A stretch of 64,000 bases of DNA. It comes from Octopus vulgaris (Eukaryota). Numbering within the stretch: the stretch's first letter is position 1; each line of letters starts with the position of its first letter. Shown piece by piece: positions 51,294-64,000 of this stretch. The stretch is taken from positions 75,640,001 to 75,704,000 of the forward strand of contig OX597827.1 of NCBI GenBank assembly GCA_951406725.2, in the 5' to 3' direction. Position numbers and translations under genes: made by a program. The notes below the pieces were generated by a model, which ran no database searches, was not told the DNA's origin, and was given only the letters and a program-made list of their open reading frames with translations.

Positions 51294-52278
51294 ATGTATG
51301 TATGTGTGTATATATGGAAGACACGTATTTATATAAATATGTGCAACTATACAGACACACACATATATATATATTTATATATATATATGTGAGAGGAAAG
51401 ACCACTGTCTAGACATTTGTGTGTGTGTGTGTATATATATATGCATGTATACGTATATATATATGTTTCCATGTATACATATATATACTTATTTGTATAT
51501 ATACATACTGATAAATATATATATATATATATGTAATCACCCATTTAAGATATATATATATATACACGCCTATATGTACATCTTTTACTGCAATATAACG
51601 TGTGTTTGTGCATATATATATATATAAATTTATATACAAAAAAGTAAATACATATATATATATATATATACGTGTGTGTGTATAATATATATATATATAT
51701 ATATATACACACATGGCTATGTATTTACATACACGTGTGTGTATTTATATCTATACACACCTATATATAAGTATATATACACGTGTGTGTATGCGTGTGT
51801 ATATATATGTATGTATGTATGTATATAGTGTCGTCTCTTCGTCGACTGTTGTTAAGAAGTGGGAACGTTAGCCTTTAAGTAGTGGTCGACATTTGGTGGA
51901 AGTAAAGAAACTAAGTAGAACTAGACAAGAGAGAAGTGGGGTAGCGGCGGGACATACACACAGACAGACAGACTGGCCGACATTGCGGAAACTGTGTGTT
52001 GGCCATCGAAGCAAGCAGCTTTGAGTCTGGCTTTCGATGATAGACCGACACAACCGACCAGACGAGACTCCATTGGAACACAGGACAGAGACTAGAGGCC
52101 ATCTTACATACACACACACACACACACACGCGCATACATACATACACACATGCAAATGTATTTTCATAGACACACACACTCACATATATGAGGAATACAA
52201 ACTCTGTGTTATAGACAGACACACACACACCGTCATTCACAAATGCTTTGAGAATCATTCACATCTACACACCCATTG

Positions 52279-52311
<33 letters not shown>

Positions 52312-52892
52312 GTATATGTAATACGCAGTCACACACGTATGCACTTTTATGATGTGCATATATAAACTGTTACACATGTATATATAAATACACAAAAGTT
52401 ATATATACATACATATATATATATATATATTCTATGTACACCCGTTTATACATATTCAACACACTTGTCACTAAGTTGCACAAGTAAATAACACATTCAC
52501 AACTTTAAACACACATATATATATATATCTGTCTATATATATATATATCTACCTATCTATCTATATATATATATATGTGTGTGTATACACATTTTAAATA
52601 TAAATATAAAAACGTTTGACACCAAGAGGTGAGTTAGTTTACTCCATCTTATGACATGACATACTTGGAATTGTTAACCATCCACCCCCACCACCCACCT
52701 CTACCCTTTCTTCCCCCCGCCTCCCTTCCGTTTTTAATTAGATACAATCTGCTACCCACATGTCTACCCCACCCTTATTTCTGACCCCACCTTACCCAGC
52801 CATCAGCACCAACCACCCCCTTTCATAATTCCATACCCCCTGTTGTCTATACTATGTTTTGTTGTTATTTTTCTCCGTTTCCAATCTATATA

Positions 52893-52933
<41 letters not shown>

Positions 52934-54073
52934 TCAATATATATATATATATATATACACTCATACATGTGTATAGTGTAAGACAGAAGAGATATAGATG
53001 TTGATAAAGACAAATAGAGAGGAAATAGTTAAAGAGAGAGGATAGGAGGAAAAAGTGGGGGTGGGGGGCAGAGTCTATTGTGTATGCGTGTGCGCGCGCG
53101 CGCGTACTGGGGGGGGGTAATTATGAAGACAGGTGGGTTGTTGATATGTCGATTAGAGGCTCCTTCCGGGAGTTCGAATTGCAGCAATAGTAAACTACCT
53201 TGTCTGAACAAATTGCCGAGAGGGGTGGTGCGTGTCTATGTGGCTGTGTGTGTGTGTGTGTGTTGGAGAGTGAGGGTAAGAAGACAGAAACCCCCCCCTA
53301 TAGGCACCACCACATGGGGTGGGGGGAATAAGCTAGATGGTAGGTAGCTCGACATGCTAGAAATATCACCCAAAATCTCCAACATCTTAAATGAAGGCGG
53401 TATGCAAGATAATGTCCTTGATACTCTTATAACTGTGGAATGTCTCATAAAAAATAATGCTTAAGTATCTGTATATGTATATACACAGCTGAGATTGCTG
53501 TGGATGTAACTTTAGAGCCTAGAGTTTCGTATCAAAGTTTGATTCTTTAGCTGTCATTGAGCTTTTCTTGTAGCAACGTTTATATATGCCCTGCTTTATG
53601 TATTGAGTTCCCCTTCCGTTTGTGGGTGTGTCATATATACATACTATATATATATATATATATATATATAGTTTATTTGGTGCATAGTTCACTCCTGCCA
53701 ACTGGTTGGTGTACTGGCCTTGAGAGTGATCAGCTGAAATACTTGGATTCATGTTCAAGGACCTCCTTGGCCTATTAACATGTTTGCCGAGGGCCTTTTT
53801 GTTTTTTGGTTTTTCTAGTCACAGTGAAGCGGGATTTGATCTTAGAGAAAGTACACAACTTATGACAACGTCTAAACCGTAGATTTCACGAAAAAGTTTA
53901 TATTAACAAAGTAAAAACATCTTAAACTAAGAATCCGATGGTGCAAAGGCATCTTGTCTACCGCTCTAACATTCCGTCAATCTAGGCCCTGGGCCGATAC
54001 CTTATTCATCGACCACGAAAGGATGAAAGACAAAGTTGATCTGTTTCTCTTTCTCACTCTCTCTATATATATG

Positions 54074-54104
<31 letters not shown>

Positions 54105-55631
54105 AAAGCTAGAGTGACAGGCAGGCAGATAGAGGTGTACACACGTCATCGGATGTATTGTTTATATACGTTGTAAACATTAATATCGACTGGCTTTGTG
54201 CACATTTTGTGTATGTGACATATATATAAATTGTGTCTGTCTCTGTCGGTTGATTGATACCTCTTGCTCGCAGCATATTATATTCTGATAGAAGAAATAG
54301 TTTCTCTATGAAACTTCAACAGCCATCAGTAAAAGCTTGAAAGGAAATTACGAAGTTTATTTGACAGGAATGTGGACACAAATATGTCCAACTCATCCGT
54401 GACACAGTGATAAGACGAGCAGAATAGTAAAAATTTACCATAATAATATGTTTTTTTTTTTACCATTGGCACAAAGGCTCAAAGTTAGGAGTTCGGCGTA
54501 GCTTCTTAAATGAATCTCAGAATTTGATTGATATATTTTATCAACTTGAATGTATAAAAGGTGAAGTGACCCACTGAAGGATTTTAAGCTATTGTAAAGG
54601 GCCATAACTAAATACTGCAAACTAATAAATTTTTTTTTCTGTGGGGAGTCCACTTTACCACATGGGGACACATTTTGGGAAAGGGGTGTAGTTAGTATGT
54701 ATCTCAATTATTGATTGGGGTAAGAGGAGCTTTTATGTGGTCTTTCCACCTGCTAGATATAGTAGCCAAATCCAAGGAAGGATACATTGGATAATGTAAC
54801 CCTCGATGCACTGCATCTGAAAGAAAAAAAAAAGACTAGAGGCACAGCTAAAATGCTTTTGGTCATTGGATTGCTGGATCAAAATTGACTCTGGACTACA
54901 CTTACCAAAGACATTGCTGCAGCATGGCCTAAGCCCAACATTGAGATTTGGGAAAGAGTGTCACTAAAAAGACCAAGATATTTTTGTCCAGCATTCCTCC
55001 TTTTTTTTTTTTATCAAGATTCCTGTTCTATGCTGTTCTATGTTGTACTGGTCCTTCCTTAGATGGCTCCTGTAGACTAAGACTGTCTATGTAAAAAATT
55101 TGCTTGCCTCTCACTTAAGTCTTCTGCATTTCTAGGAAAAGAGTTATTGTGTGTTGCTCCATGACCTTTTTTAAGGGACAATGTCACTAAGTCTGAGGGA
55201 GAGAGAGAGAAAAGAACTGATCCAGCTACTTTAGTTATCCAGAAGTAGGAAACATAGTTTACTTCAGCAGGAATTGAACTCGGAGCTCCAGTGGCCTGAG
55301 GTTTTGAATTTGAGGGTAGGTTGTAGTTGGTTATATCAATTCTTGTGCAACTAGTGTTTATTTTATCAACCCCAGGATGATGAAAGAAAGTCAGCTCCCA
55401 GCAGGATTTGAACTGAGAATGTAAAGGTTCTATCTAAATACACCAAAGTATTTTCTCCAGCCATTACCCTTAATATTGGTTTCTGATGTGCCAATTAGGG
55501 AGACTACATGGTGGTTTTGACTTGCCAATGATAACCAGCCGAATTACCCTCAGAACTTCATCCTGTCTTAGAAACCAAAGGTTACACTGGATAATGTGAC
55601 CCCAGTTGCACTGTCTGGAAAAAGACTAGAT

Positions 55632-56052
55632 CAGTGGTTCTCAACTGAGGTCATTTTGTCTCTTGGGGGTCCATATATGATTTTGCTGTTAAAATTTATG
55701 GGTAATAACTTGGTTGTACTTTTACTATACACAAAATATGTTAATTTTTTAATACAATTCCTGATATTTAACTATAAAGATATAATAGATTTTTGTTAAA
55801 CATTAACATTTTTGATACCAACCCGGCTAAAACCAGCTCTGTAGTACAAATGTCTTGTTTTCATAAGTTTTGAATTAAAATCTTCCACCAAACCCTAGTC
55901 ACAATTTATGTTCCTAACACTAGCTGAATGATTACTAAGTTATTTTGCTAAATTCTTTGTTATATTTAAAATTAATTGAAAGAAATATGGTAGTAAAAGG
56001 GTTAAATGGCTATGATGGTCCACCCAAATAAATTAGGAATCAAAGGGGTCCA
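55632..56052 (+). mobile_element. hAT-like MITE interrupted by a piggyBac-like MITE (55803-56005) and truncated by an RTE tail
   Basis: Starts CAGTGGTTCTCAAC and is collinear with 59817-60061 on both sides of the TTAA...GGGTTAA insert. Confidence 0.65.
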
Positions 56053-56340
56053 TCATCATCATATGTCTGTTTACCATGCTGGCATGGGTTGGACGGTTTA
56101 ACCAGAGCTGGTAAGACCAGGGGCTGCACCAGGCTACATTGTGTGTTCTGGCATGGTTTCTATGGCTGGATGCCCTTCCTAATGCCAACCACTCCATAGA
56201 CTGTACTGGTTGCTTTATATATGGCACCACCAGTACCAGTGCTCTTTATGATGTACCAGCATATTCTGCTGTGACAGATGGGTCTCCTTGAGTACGGCAA
56301 AGCACCAGATATCTCTGTCCTTTGACAACTCATTCATAGC
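56053..56340 (-). mobile_element. RTE 3' fragment
   Basis: (CAT)n, CCATGCTGGCATGGGTTGGA and GGATGCCCTTCCTAATGCC. Confidence 0.8.
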
Positions 56341-57099
56341 TAAAAAAAAAAAAAAGAGAACCATTGGTCTAAGTGGTCCTGACTGGAAAATGTTTGACTG
56401 AGCCAGGGTTGACCTGAGGTGAAACACCACCAACATAACGATATCTACAGTAAGCAGAAGGCCACAAGATAGGTAGTTGACTTAATTAAGCTTAGTATTT
56501 GACTAGTGTATAATTTCATTAACCTTGGAAGGATGAAAACAGTTGATTTTAGTTGGATTTGAACACAAAGCTAAACGGTCGTAATTGAATACCACAAAAC
56601 ATTTTGCCCAGTTCTGTAACTATTGTTATATTCTGCTCCTTATAACAATGATTATTATTTCTAACATAGAGATTCGGTACAGGGGGCTTAGTCAATTAAA
56701 TTGTCACTAGTACTTAAATAGTACTTTATTTATTGATCCCAGAAGGCTGAAATCCAAAGTTCAATTTGATGGAATTTGAACTCAGAATGGAAAGGGTTGT
56801 AATTAAGTAGCACCAGACATTCTGATGATTAAGCCAATCCACCACTTAATTCTCTCATGAGGCCTTGGACTCATAAGGCCAGAGCATAACCCTCCCCTGG
56901 ATGGAATGCCAGTCCATCACAGGGTTAACTTCCCAGTTATTACCGGAGCTTTATTTAAAAGCAACTCCAGAGGCAAGAAGATAACAGAAGTAAGAGAAAG
57001 AGTTATAGTGTGACTAATTAGGAAGAAAATTAGCTTATGAGATACAGTTCAGCTTTGTGCTAAGATGGGGTACCACATTCACCTTCTTAAAATGATAGA

Positions 57100-58510
57100 C
57101 TACAAGAGAAGTTTTTAGCTCATAAGACTAAGCCACAATACCTAGCATCCATTGACCTGAATGAAGCCTTCAAAAGAGTACTTTGCTTTGTTGACTGGTG
57201 GTTACTAAGAAAACTAGGTACAGATGAAAGGCTTGGTAGGACCACGCAATCCATGTACAGAACTGCTGTCACCTTGTTGACAGTAATTAGTTCAGCAAGG
57301 AATTTCCCTTGAAGGTGTGTGTCTACCAAGATTCTGTTCTGAGTATAACAATTCTTTGGGTCATGTATCCCAAAGACCTTATTCTCACGGCTGAAACTTT
57401 CAAAGATTTAGGAAATAAACCCCAAATATAGAAAGGAAGTATAGAACTGAGAGGGCTCCCCTGCCCCAAGTAAATTTAGCAAAAGAAGGCACAACTCTGC
57501 TCCCATCTGGAAAGTAAAAGTGCTTGATCTGCAGAAAAGGAGTTGGTAGGAATTCCATGTGTTATACCCAACATAAACTATGGGTACACAGGATCAATGA
57601 TCAGTGAAAATATCCTTGAAGTAAAATTGCAAATACTCACCAGTTGGTAGCTTTTGTTACTTAGAAAAGCCTAACTAGGAGTGGAGGAGGGTGTTCTGAA
57701 AGCTTAATAGCTAGAGTAAGAAGTGAGTGAGAAAGGTCCAGGGAGCTATTACCACTGTGAGCAACAAAGAGTAGATTCTATGATGACTATGTACAAAGTA
57801 CAATGTTGCACAGTAACAAAACCTGGGCCTTGAATACAGAAGATGTGCAAAGGGTAGAAAGACATGATGTGAGTACACTCCGATGAATGTTCAACATTAG
57901 TGTATAATCACAAATCACCTGAGGAAAAAAACTAGATGAGATGCAGTATGCCAGGGTTGACTGCAGTTGTATGGTTATGAAATGTGTATCGAGGCTGATA
58001 GTTGGATAAATAAGAACCAAGTGATCCATGTGGAAGGAAAATGAAGAAGACATGGGAAAAACTGATGAAAGCTGATCTCAGAAGACAGAACCTCATGAAG
58101 GAGATGAAAGGCTATTTTTTGTTTGTTTGTTTGTTCCTTCTCGAGCCATGCCTGGCTCATTAGGGCCCTAGTTCCGGTTTCTTGGCGTATAGGTTCCCCA
58201 CCTGGATGGGACGCCAGTCCGTCGTAGGTGAGCTGCAAGATGCAGGAGGAAAGAGTGAGAGAAAGTTGTGGCGAAAGAGTCAGCAGAAGTTCGCCATTAC
58301 CTTCTGCCGGAGCCATGTGGAGCTTAGGTGTTTCGCTCATAAACACACACATCACCCAGTCTGAGATTCGAACCCGCGATCCCTCAACCGCATGTCCGCT
58401 ACTCTAACCACTAGGCCATGTGCCTCCACACAGATGAAATGCTATGCTAAAGAAGACCCATCTGACCCGTGCAAGCATGGAAAAGTAGATGTAAAAATGA
58501 TGATAATGAT
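57100..58510 (+). mobile_element. Old degenerate RTE LINE interrupted by a SINE
   Basis: Traces of LQEKFLA, IDL-EAF-RV and GVGRNSM. The 3' end resumes at 58432 (GCAAGCATGGAAAAG...ATGATG). Confidence 0.7.
58128..58428 (-). mobile_element. tRNA-derived SINE family C with tail 2
   Basis: Minus-strand head GGCCTAGTGGTTAGAGTAG...GGGTTCGAATCTC; body shared with 29128-29500; different tail containing CGACGGACTGGCGTCCCATCCAGG. Confidence 0.85.
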
Positions 58511-58559
58511 ACAGACACTGATTATTATCATGCTGTATTGTATTGTAATATTGTATACA

Positions 58560-58865
58560 CATCATCATCATCATCATCGTTTAACGTCCGCTTTCCATGC
58601 TAGCATGGGTTGGATGGTTCAACTGGGGTCTGGGAAGCCCAAAGGCTGCACCAGGCCAGTCAGATCTAGCAGTGTTTCTACAGCTGGATGCCCTTCCTAA
58701 TGCCAACCACTCCGTGAGTGTAGTGGGTGCTTTTTATGTGCCACCGACACTGGTGCCAGACGAGGCTGGTGAACGGCCACGATCGGATGGTGCTTTTTAC
58801 GTGTCACCGGCATGGAGGCCAGGCCAGGCTGGCATCATCCACGATCAGATGGTGTTTCTTACGCG
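58560..58865 (-). mobile_element. RTE 3' UTR fragment
   Basis: (CAT)n, conserved core and three hairpin units. Confidence 0.85.
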
Positions 58866-59317
58866 CCAAACATACATGAAATATATAATGGTGATGGGTT
58901 GAAAAAAATCATTAGAGCCTCAGCCAAAGTGCCTTGTGATATTTAGTTTATAGTGTTTCATGTTCTGAGTTCAAATCCCACTAGAATCAATGTTACCCTT
59001 CATCCTCCCAGGGCCACTTGAATAAACTACCAGACAAGCACTGGAGTTGATTTATATTCCTATAAAGCATCCAGGAGTTCATTCCCACAAAAAGAAGAAT
59101 GAATGAATGGCTAATTGAATTGAAAGGGTATAAGATATCTCAATTGACAGCATTTTATGTTCCAAAAGTGTAATTTTGATTGGTAATGCTTTGAGAAGAC
59201 CAAATAACAAGCATACCATCATACATGAAAGCAAGGTAACTAAAGGAATAGATTACTAAACTACAGCCTTCGAAGGTCTTGAGTTCAAATCTGTTGCCAG
59301 TGTTTTATTGTATGTGT

Positions 59318-59548
59318 GGGCAGTGAGCTGGCAGAAACGTTAGCACGCCGGGCGAAATGCGTAGCCGTATTTCGTCTGCTGTTACGCTCTAAGTTCAAAT
59401 TCCGCCAAGGTCGACTTTGCCTTTCATCCTTCGGGGTCGATAAATTAAGTACCAGCTACGCACTGGGGTCGATATAATCGACTTAATCCGTCTGTCTGTC
59501 CTTGTTTGTCCCCTCTGTGTTTAGCCCCTTGTGGGTAATAAAGAAATA
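59318..59548 (+). mobile_element. SINE family B, full length
   Basis: Matches 12807-13036. Confidence 0.9.
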
Positions 59549-59816
59549 AGTATACATTTTAGTGTCCCTTTGTTCAGCTCCTTGCCACAACTAGGAACCT
59601 TAAAATCTGGGAATGGTATCCGTGATAGACTGACATTCTATCCCAGGGAAAATTTTCTGTTTTATCTGATTTATGCTATAAAACTGGAGCTTAGCACCAG
59701 CCACTGATAATAGTCCTTTAGGATGTATAAGATGTTAGGTAAGACTTTCTCATGGCCAAGAAAGATAACCCCCAGCAGATGCATATTGTACATGATGAGT
59801 TTTTTATGCCCTAGCC

Positions 59817-60061
59817 TGGTGGTTCTCAATTGGGGCCCATATGATTCTTGAGTGTTCACTGTGTCATTAAAATTTAATTGCAATAATTTAATTATATTTA
59901 TACAATACACAAAATATTTTAACAATTTTTTTATACATTTCCTAATAATATTTAATTCTAAAGATATAACAGGATTTTTTACACATAGAATGGCTATGAG
60001 GATCCACCCAAGTAACAGCAATCAAAGGGTCCATAGGCAAAAAAATGGTCGAGAATCATTG
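59817..60061. mobile_element. hAT-like MITE
   Basis: Termini TGGTGGTTCTCAA and GTCGAGAATCATTG; both 8-bp flanks contain CTAG (CCCTAGCC and TTCTAGTC). Confidence 0.65.
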
Positions 60062-60477
60062 TTCTAGTCAAATGAGGTAGGCAGCACCCATAATAATTTT
60101 TTTCAGGGTCATGGGTGCTTTTGACAGATAGAAGGAAGCTAATGATTCTCAGTATGAAGACCTGGGCTGAATTCTTGCAACAGAGTGAATCCCACGAAAG
60201 CCAGACAAGGGCCAGTTAGTGGTGTTAAACTGGGTGACATATTAAGACTACCACTCATATAATGTGTTTTCTCTTCAGCATGCTTCTACAGTTTTTTTCT
60301 CACGAGATGGTTAGATGACACTTGCTCTAAGTGTCAAGACCATAAAATAAACCACTTAAACACAAAGCCATGCCTGCACCCATTTAAGTCTGCATTGAGC
60401 TCTTACACACTTCAACTATCAAGAGGATTTTAAAGAGAACCAGAGTCCAAATCCAGTGGTAATGGTAGACCTAATAT

Positions 60478-60676
60478 CATCATCATCATCATTTAACGTC
60501 CGCTTTCCATGCTAGCATGGGTTGGACGGTTTAACTGGGGTCTGGGAAGCCCGAAGGCTGTACCAGGCCGGTCAGATCTGGCGGTGTTTCTACAGCTGGA
60601 TGCCCTTCTTAATGCCAACCACGCCGTGAGTGTAGTGGGTGCTTTTTATGTGCCACCGACACAGGTGCCAGACGAT
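60478..60676 (-). mobile_element. RTE 3' terminal fragment; empty site preserved at ~62300
   Basis: Interrupts ...CCTAATATCA|CTGGTGGAATC..., which is contiguous in the duplicate at 62254-62459. Confidence 0.88.
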
Positions 60677-61064
60677 TCACTGGTGGAATCTGGTCTAAGC
60701 ATGAGCATTTCCAGTTAGATGTGGTTTGTATTCCTAACAGTTAATGAATTAAGGTGATGTAAAGTATGCCCCAAAACGCAAAGAAATACCAGCATTAAAT
60801 TTGAATGAAGGACCAATGAACAAGTAGCCCAGTACTTAATTCACTAAACCACCTTTAGCCGAGATAGTCTTCTTAACAAGGTACACAACTCTACCTAGCC
60901 ATGCTGATAACTATGTAGTCATGGTTGAATGGGGATTATTAGAAAGAGCATTTAAGTGTAAAAAAATCTCTTGCTCAATTTATGCCAATGTACAAGTTTA
61001 CAAAACTATCAAACCTTTGCTGACATGGTAAAAATAATGATTAAAGATTTTTAATATAGTTAAG

Positions 61065-61435
61065 AGGCACAGGAGTGGCTGTGTGGTAAGTAGCTTGCTT
61101 TTCAACTTCATGGTTCCGGGTTCAGTCCCACTGCATGGCACCTTGGGCGAGTGTCTTCTACTATAGACTCGGGCTGACTAAAGCCTTATGAGTGGATCTG
61201 GTAGATAGAAACTGAAAGAAGCCTGTCGTATATATGTGTGTGTCTGTCTGTCTTTGTCCCCCCACCATTGCTTGACAACCGATGCTGGTGTGTTTACGTC
61301 CCCATAACTTAGCGGTTCGGCAAAAGGGACTTATAGAATAAGTACTAGGCTTACAAAGAATAAGTCCTGGGGTCTATTTACTCGACTAAATGTGGTGCTT
61401 CAACATGGCCGCAGTCAAATGACTGAAACAAATAA
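61065..61435 (+). mobile_element. SINE family A
   Basis: Matches 32165-32570. Confidence 0.88.
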
Positions 61436-61654
61436 ATAAAAAAAACATGCAACTCTGATGTGTTTGTCAGATCTGACCTACTGTCCAGATCAGTGGTTCT
61501 TGACCATTTTTGGTCAATGGACTCCTTTAATTTTTATTTTACTCTACTGGTTGATGTTTAAAAAATCCTATTTTGATGATTAAATATTATTAGGAATTGT
61601 ATAAAAATAATTGTTGAAATATTTTGTGTGTTGTAGATTATAAGCCATTTATTC

Positions 61655-62042
61655 ATTGTCATTATCATCACCATTTAACGCCCATTGTCCATACTGGCAT
61701 GAGTTGGATGGTTTGACTGGGCTGGCACACTGGAAGGCTGCACCAGGATCCAGTCTGATTTGGCATGGTTTTCTACGGTTGGATGCCCTTCCTAGTGCCA
61801 ACCACTCATAGAGTGTAATGGGTGCTTTTACATGATACCAGTATCTGCCACAATTTCGATTTTGCTCAGCTTGATGGCTACCACAGCTTCTGAAGCACGA
61901 CATGATACCAAAGGTCTTGGTCATTGCCTCTGTGAGGCCCAACACTCAAAAGGAGCTTAGCCACTTTGCCTCCATGAGGCCCATCACTCGAAAGGAACTC
62001 AGCTACTTTACCTCCATGAGGCCCAACGCTCAAATGGAACTC
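61655..62042 (-). mobile_element. RTE 3' fragment with ~42-bp tandem repeats
   Basis: Conserved core plus three GAGGCCCAACACTC...GGAACTCAGC units at 61935-62042. Confidence 0.75.
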
Positions 62043-62459
62043 TAAATTTTAACCAAAAACTAATATGGATTGTGATTGGTCTAGGTATTTAAAAAACTAT
62101 ACTTAAAACTAGGTTATGAGTTCAAGATACACTGTAGGCATTCTAATAAGCCTTGGTTGAAAATTGAATACTAAATTACCACATCACTGTTCGCCTGATC
62201 TGTGGAAAATAGATGTATTACCTTCTTGAAGCATTATTTGCGATATGGATACATTTAAAGAGAACCAGAGTCCAAATCCAGTGGTAATGGTAGACCTAAT
62301 ATCACTGGTGGAATCTGTTCTAAGCATGAGCATTTCCAGTTAGATGTGGTTTGTATTCCTAACAGTTAATAAATTAAGGTAATGTAGAGTATGCCCCAAA
62401 ACACGAAGAAATACCAGCATTAAATTTGAATGAAGGACCGATGAACAAGTAGTCCAGTA

Positions 62460-62850
62460 AGAAATTTGCTTCTCAACCACACAGTTCTGAGTTCAGTCCT
62501 ACTGTGAGGCACCTTGGGCAAGTGTCTTCTATTATAGCCCCAGGCCAACCAAAACCTTGTGAGTGGACTTGGTAGACAGAAGCTTGTATGGAAGCCCATC
62601 ATACATCTGTATATGTGTGTATGTATGTATAGATAGATATGTGTGTGTGTTTATGTTTGTCCCCCCACCACAACTTGATAATCAGTGTTAGCTTGTTTAC
62701 ATCCCCATAAATCAGCAGTTCTTTGGCCAAAGAGCCCCATAGAATCAGTACCAAGCTTTAAAAAGACTGGGGTCAATTCGTTTGACTAAACCCTTGAAGG
62801 TGTTGCCCCAGCATGACTTCAATTCTGTGGCTAAAACAAGTAAAAGACGA
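62460..62850 (+). mobile_element. Diverged SINE family A
   Basis: GGCACCTTGGGCAAGTGTCTTC...AAACAAGTAAAAGA. Confidence 0.8.
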
Positions 62851-63633
62851 AAGATAAATTGAAGATTATAGTCCTAGCCATACTAGAATTTTTGTCTCTT
62901 ACATGCCTGACAGCTAAGTGCCAAAACTGTTAATCCTCTGGAGGGTCCCCGTGCAGATATGAATCATATCTGTTTTAACAACAACTGTCCCGGCTGTGTA
63001 TGTTTAATCAGTGCACTTTTGTCAGTTAGACATCCTCGCAGTCAAACCAAGGCCGACTTTTTGTCTTTCGTCCTGCTCAGTTGGTAACAAGAAGAACCAG
63101 TCAAACACCAGAGTCAATAGAATTGAACATATTCTCATGCCAACATTCCTGCCCCGGTGCTTATGTTGGGCATTGTTATCAACATCATCATCATTAGCAG
63201 CAGCATAAACGAAAACCATTTTTTTTTTTTTTTTGCAGAGACTCAAAATTAATTTTTGTTGTGGGCGGGGAGTTACTGCATGAACTCCAGTTTATTGTTG
63301 GTATTTATTTTATCAACACTGCAAAGTGAAAATTAAATTGTCTGGCAGCATTTGTGTATTTATTTACTTTATATTTCAATGGCATCATTGGTCCAGTCAC
63401 TCATTCACTGCATTTCCAACAGCAAGAGTAACAAGGGAGTGTCTGTGTAATTTGATCCAAAATAAATATCACAGGGCCTTATTCAAAAAGAATTTTTGTT
63501 TTTTGGTTTTTGTTCAATATTTACATCTTTCTTCAACATACATCAGCTAAAAATACTCACATGCACATAAATATGTGTGTGTTTAGCTTTCTTTAATTAG
63601 CTACCTACTCTCTCTCTCTCTCTCTTTTTCTCT

Positions 63634-63668
<35 letters not shown>

Positions 63669-63732
63669 CCTTAAAAATGTTTTAACCCGAAGGCCGCGGC
63701 CATGCTGAGGCACCACATATATATATATATAT

Positions 63733-64000
63733 TGTGCCGGTGGCACATAAAAAGCACCATCCGAACGTGGCCGATGCCAGCGCCGCCTTCGCTGGCTTCC
63801 GTGCCGGTGGCACGTTAAAAGCACCATCCGATCGTGGCCGATGCCAGGCTCCCCTGGCACGTAAAAAGCACCCACTACACTCGCGGAGTGGTTGGCGTTA
63901 GGAAGGGCATCCAACTGTAGAAACACTGCCAGATCAGACTGGAGTCTGGTGCAGTCCTGGCTTCCCAGACCCCGGTCGAACTGTCCAACCCATGCTAGCA
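63733..64000 (+). mobile_element. RTE 3' UTR fragment, cut by the window edge
   Basis: Three hairpin units plus conserved core to CCAACCCATGCTAGCA. Confidence 0.85.

Larger units (their letters stand above)
42830..52975. repeat. ~10-kb field of compound (TA)/(TG)/(CA)/(TATG) microsatellite with islands of unique and TE sequence
   Basis: Seen directly. It produces the many Y/I/M/C-rich spurious ORFs. Confidence 0.95.

Noticed and set aside
42989-52321. Many long ORFs rich in Y/I/M/C/H/T, up to 305 aa
   Set aside because: They are translations of (TA)/(TG)/(CA) microsatellite, which lacks stop codons, and are open in several frames on both strands.
60150-60235. Third copy of the 12748 segment as the donor for the intronic insert
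   Set aside because: It is only loosely similar (an old repeat relative), whereas 12748-13069 matches the insert almost exactly.
63011-63246. Short ORFs on both strands that look like unique coding sequence
   Set aside because: The region aligns with a degenerate SINE family B core (GGCCGACTTTTTGTCTTTCGTCC...).

Overview
Eukaryotic, AT-rich, repeat-dense DNA. The mix of repeat families (several tRNA-derived SINEs, RTE LINE 3' ends with (GAT)n tails, mariner relics, very long (TA)/(TG) tracts) and an intronless multi-C2H2 gene points to an octopus/coleoid genome; this is inference. One host protein-coding gene is supportable: a minus-strand C2H2 zinc-finger gene (13606-15960, 784 aa, 13 C2H2 fingers plus one C2HC finger) with probable non-coding upstream exons near 24.4-25.2 kb. 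The rest is SINEs, RTE/CR1 LINE fragments, mariner, piggyBac-like and hAT-like MITEs, and about 10 kb of microsatellite. Most notable observations: (1) a near-perfect 154-bp inverted repeat at 29823-30174 in which each arm holds a complete type I hammerhead ribozyme, consistent with a Penelope-like or retrozyme relic; (2) a chimeric, near-identical copy of two separate pieces of the ZNF locus at the centre of an old fold-back inside the gene's own predicted intron (18053-18469); (3) a repeating three-finger module with shortened linkers in the ZNF protein; (4) SINEs that swap tails at a fixed point; (5) arrays of a hairpin unit in RTE 3' UTRs; (6) a ~153-bp duplication flanking a SINE. All alignments and folds were done by eye, and no database searches were run.
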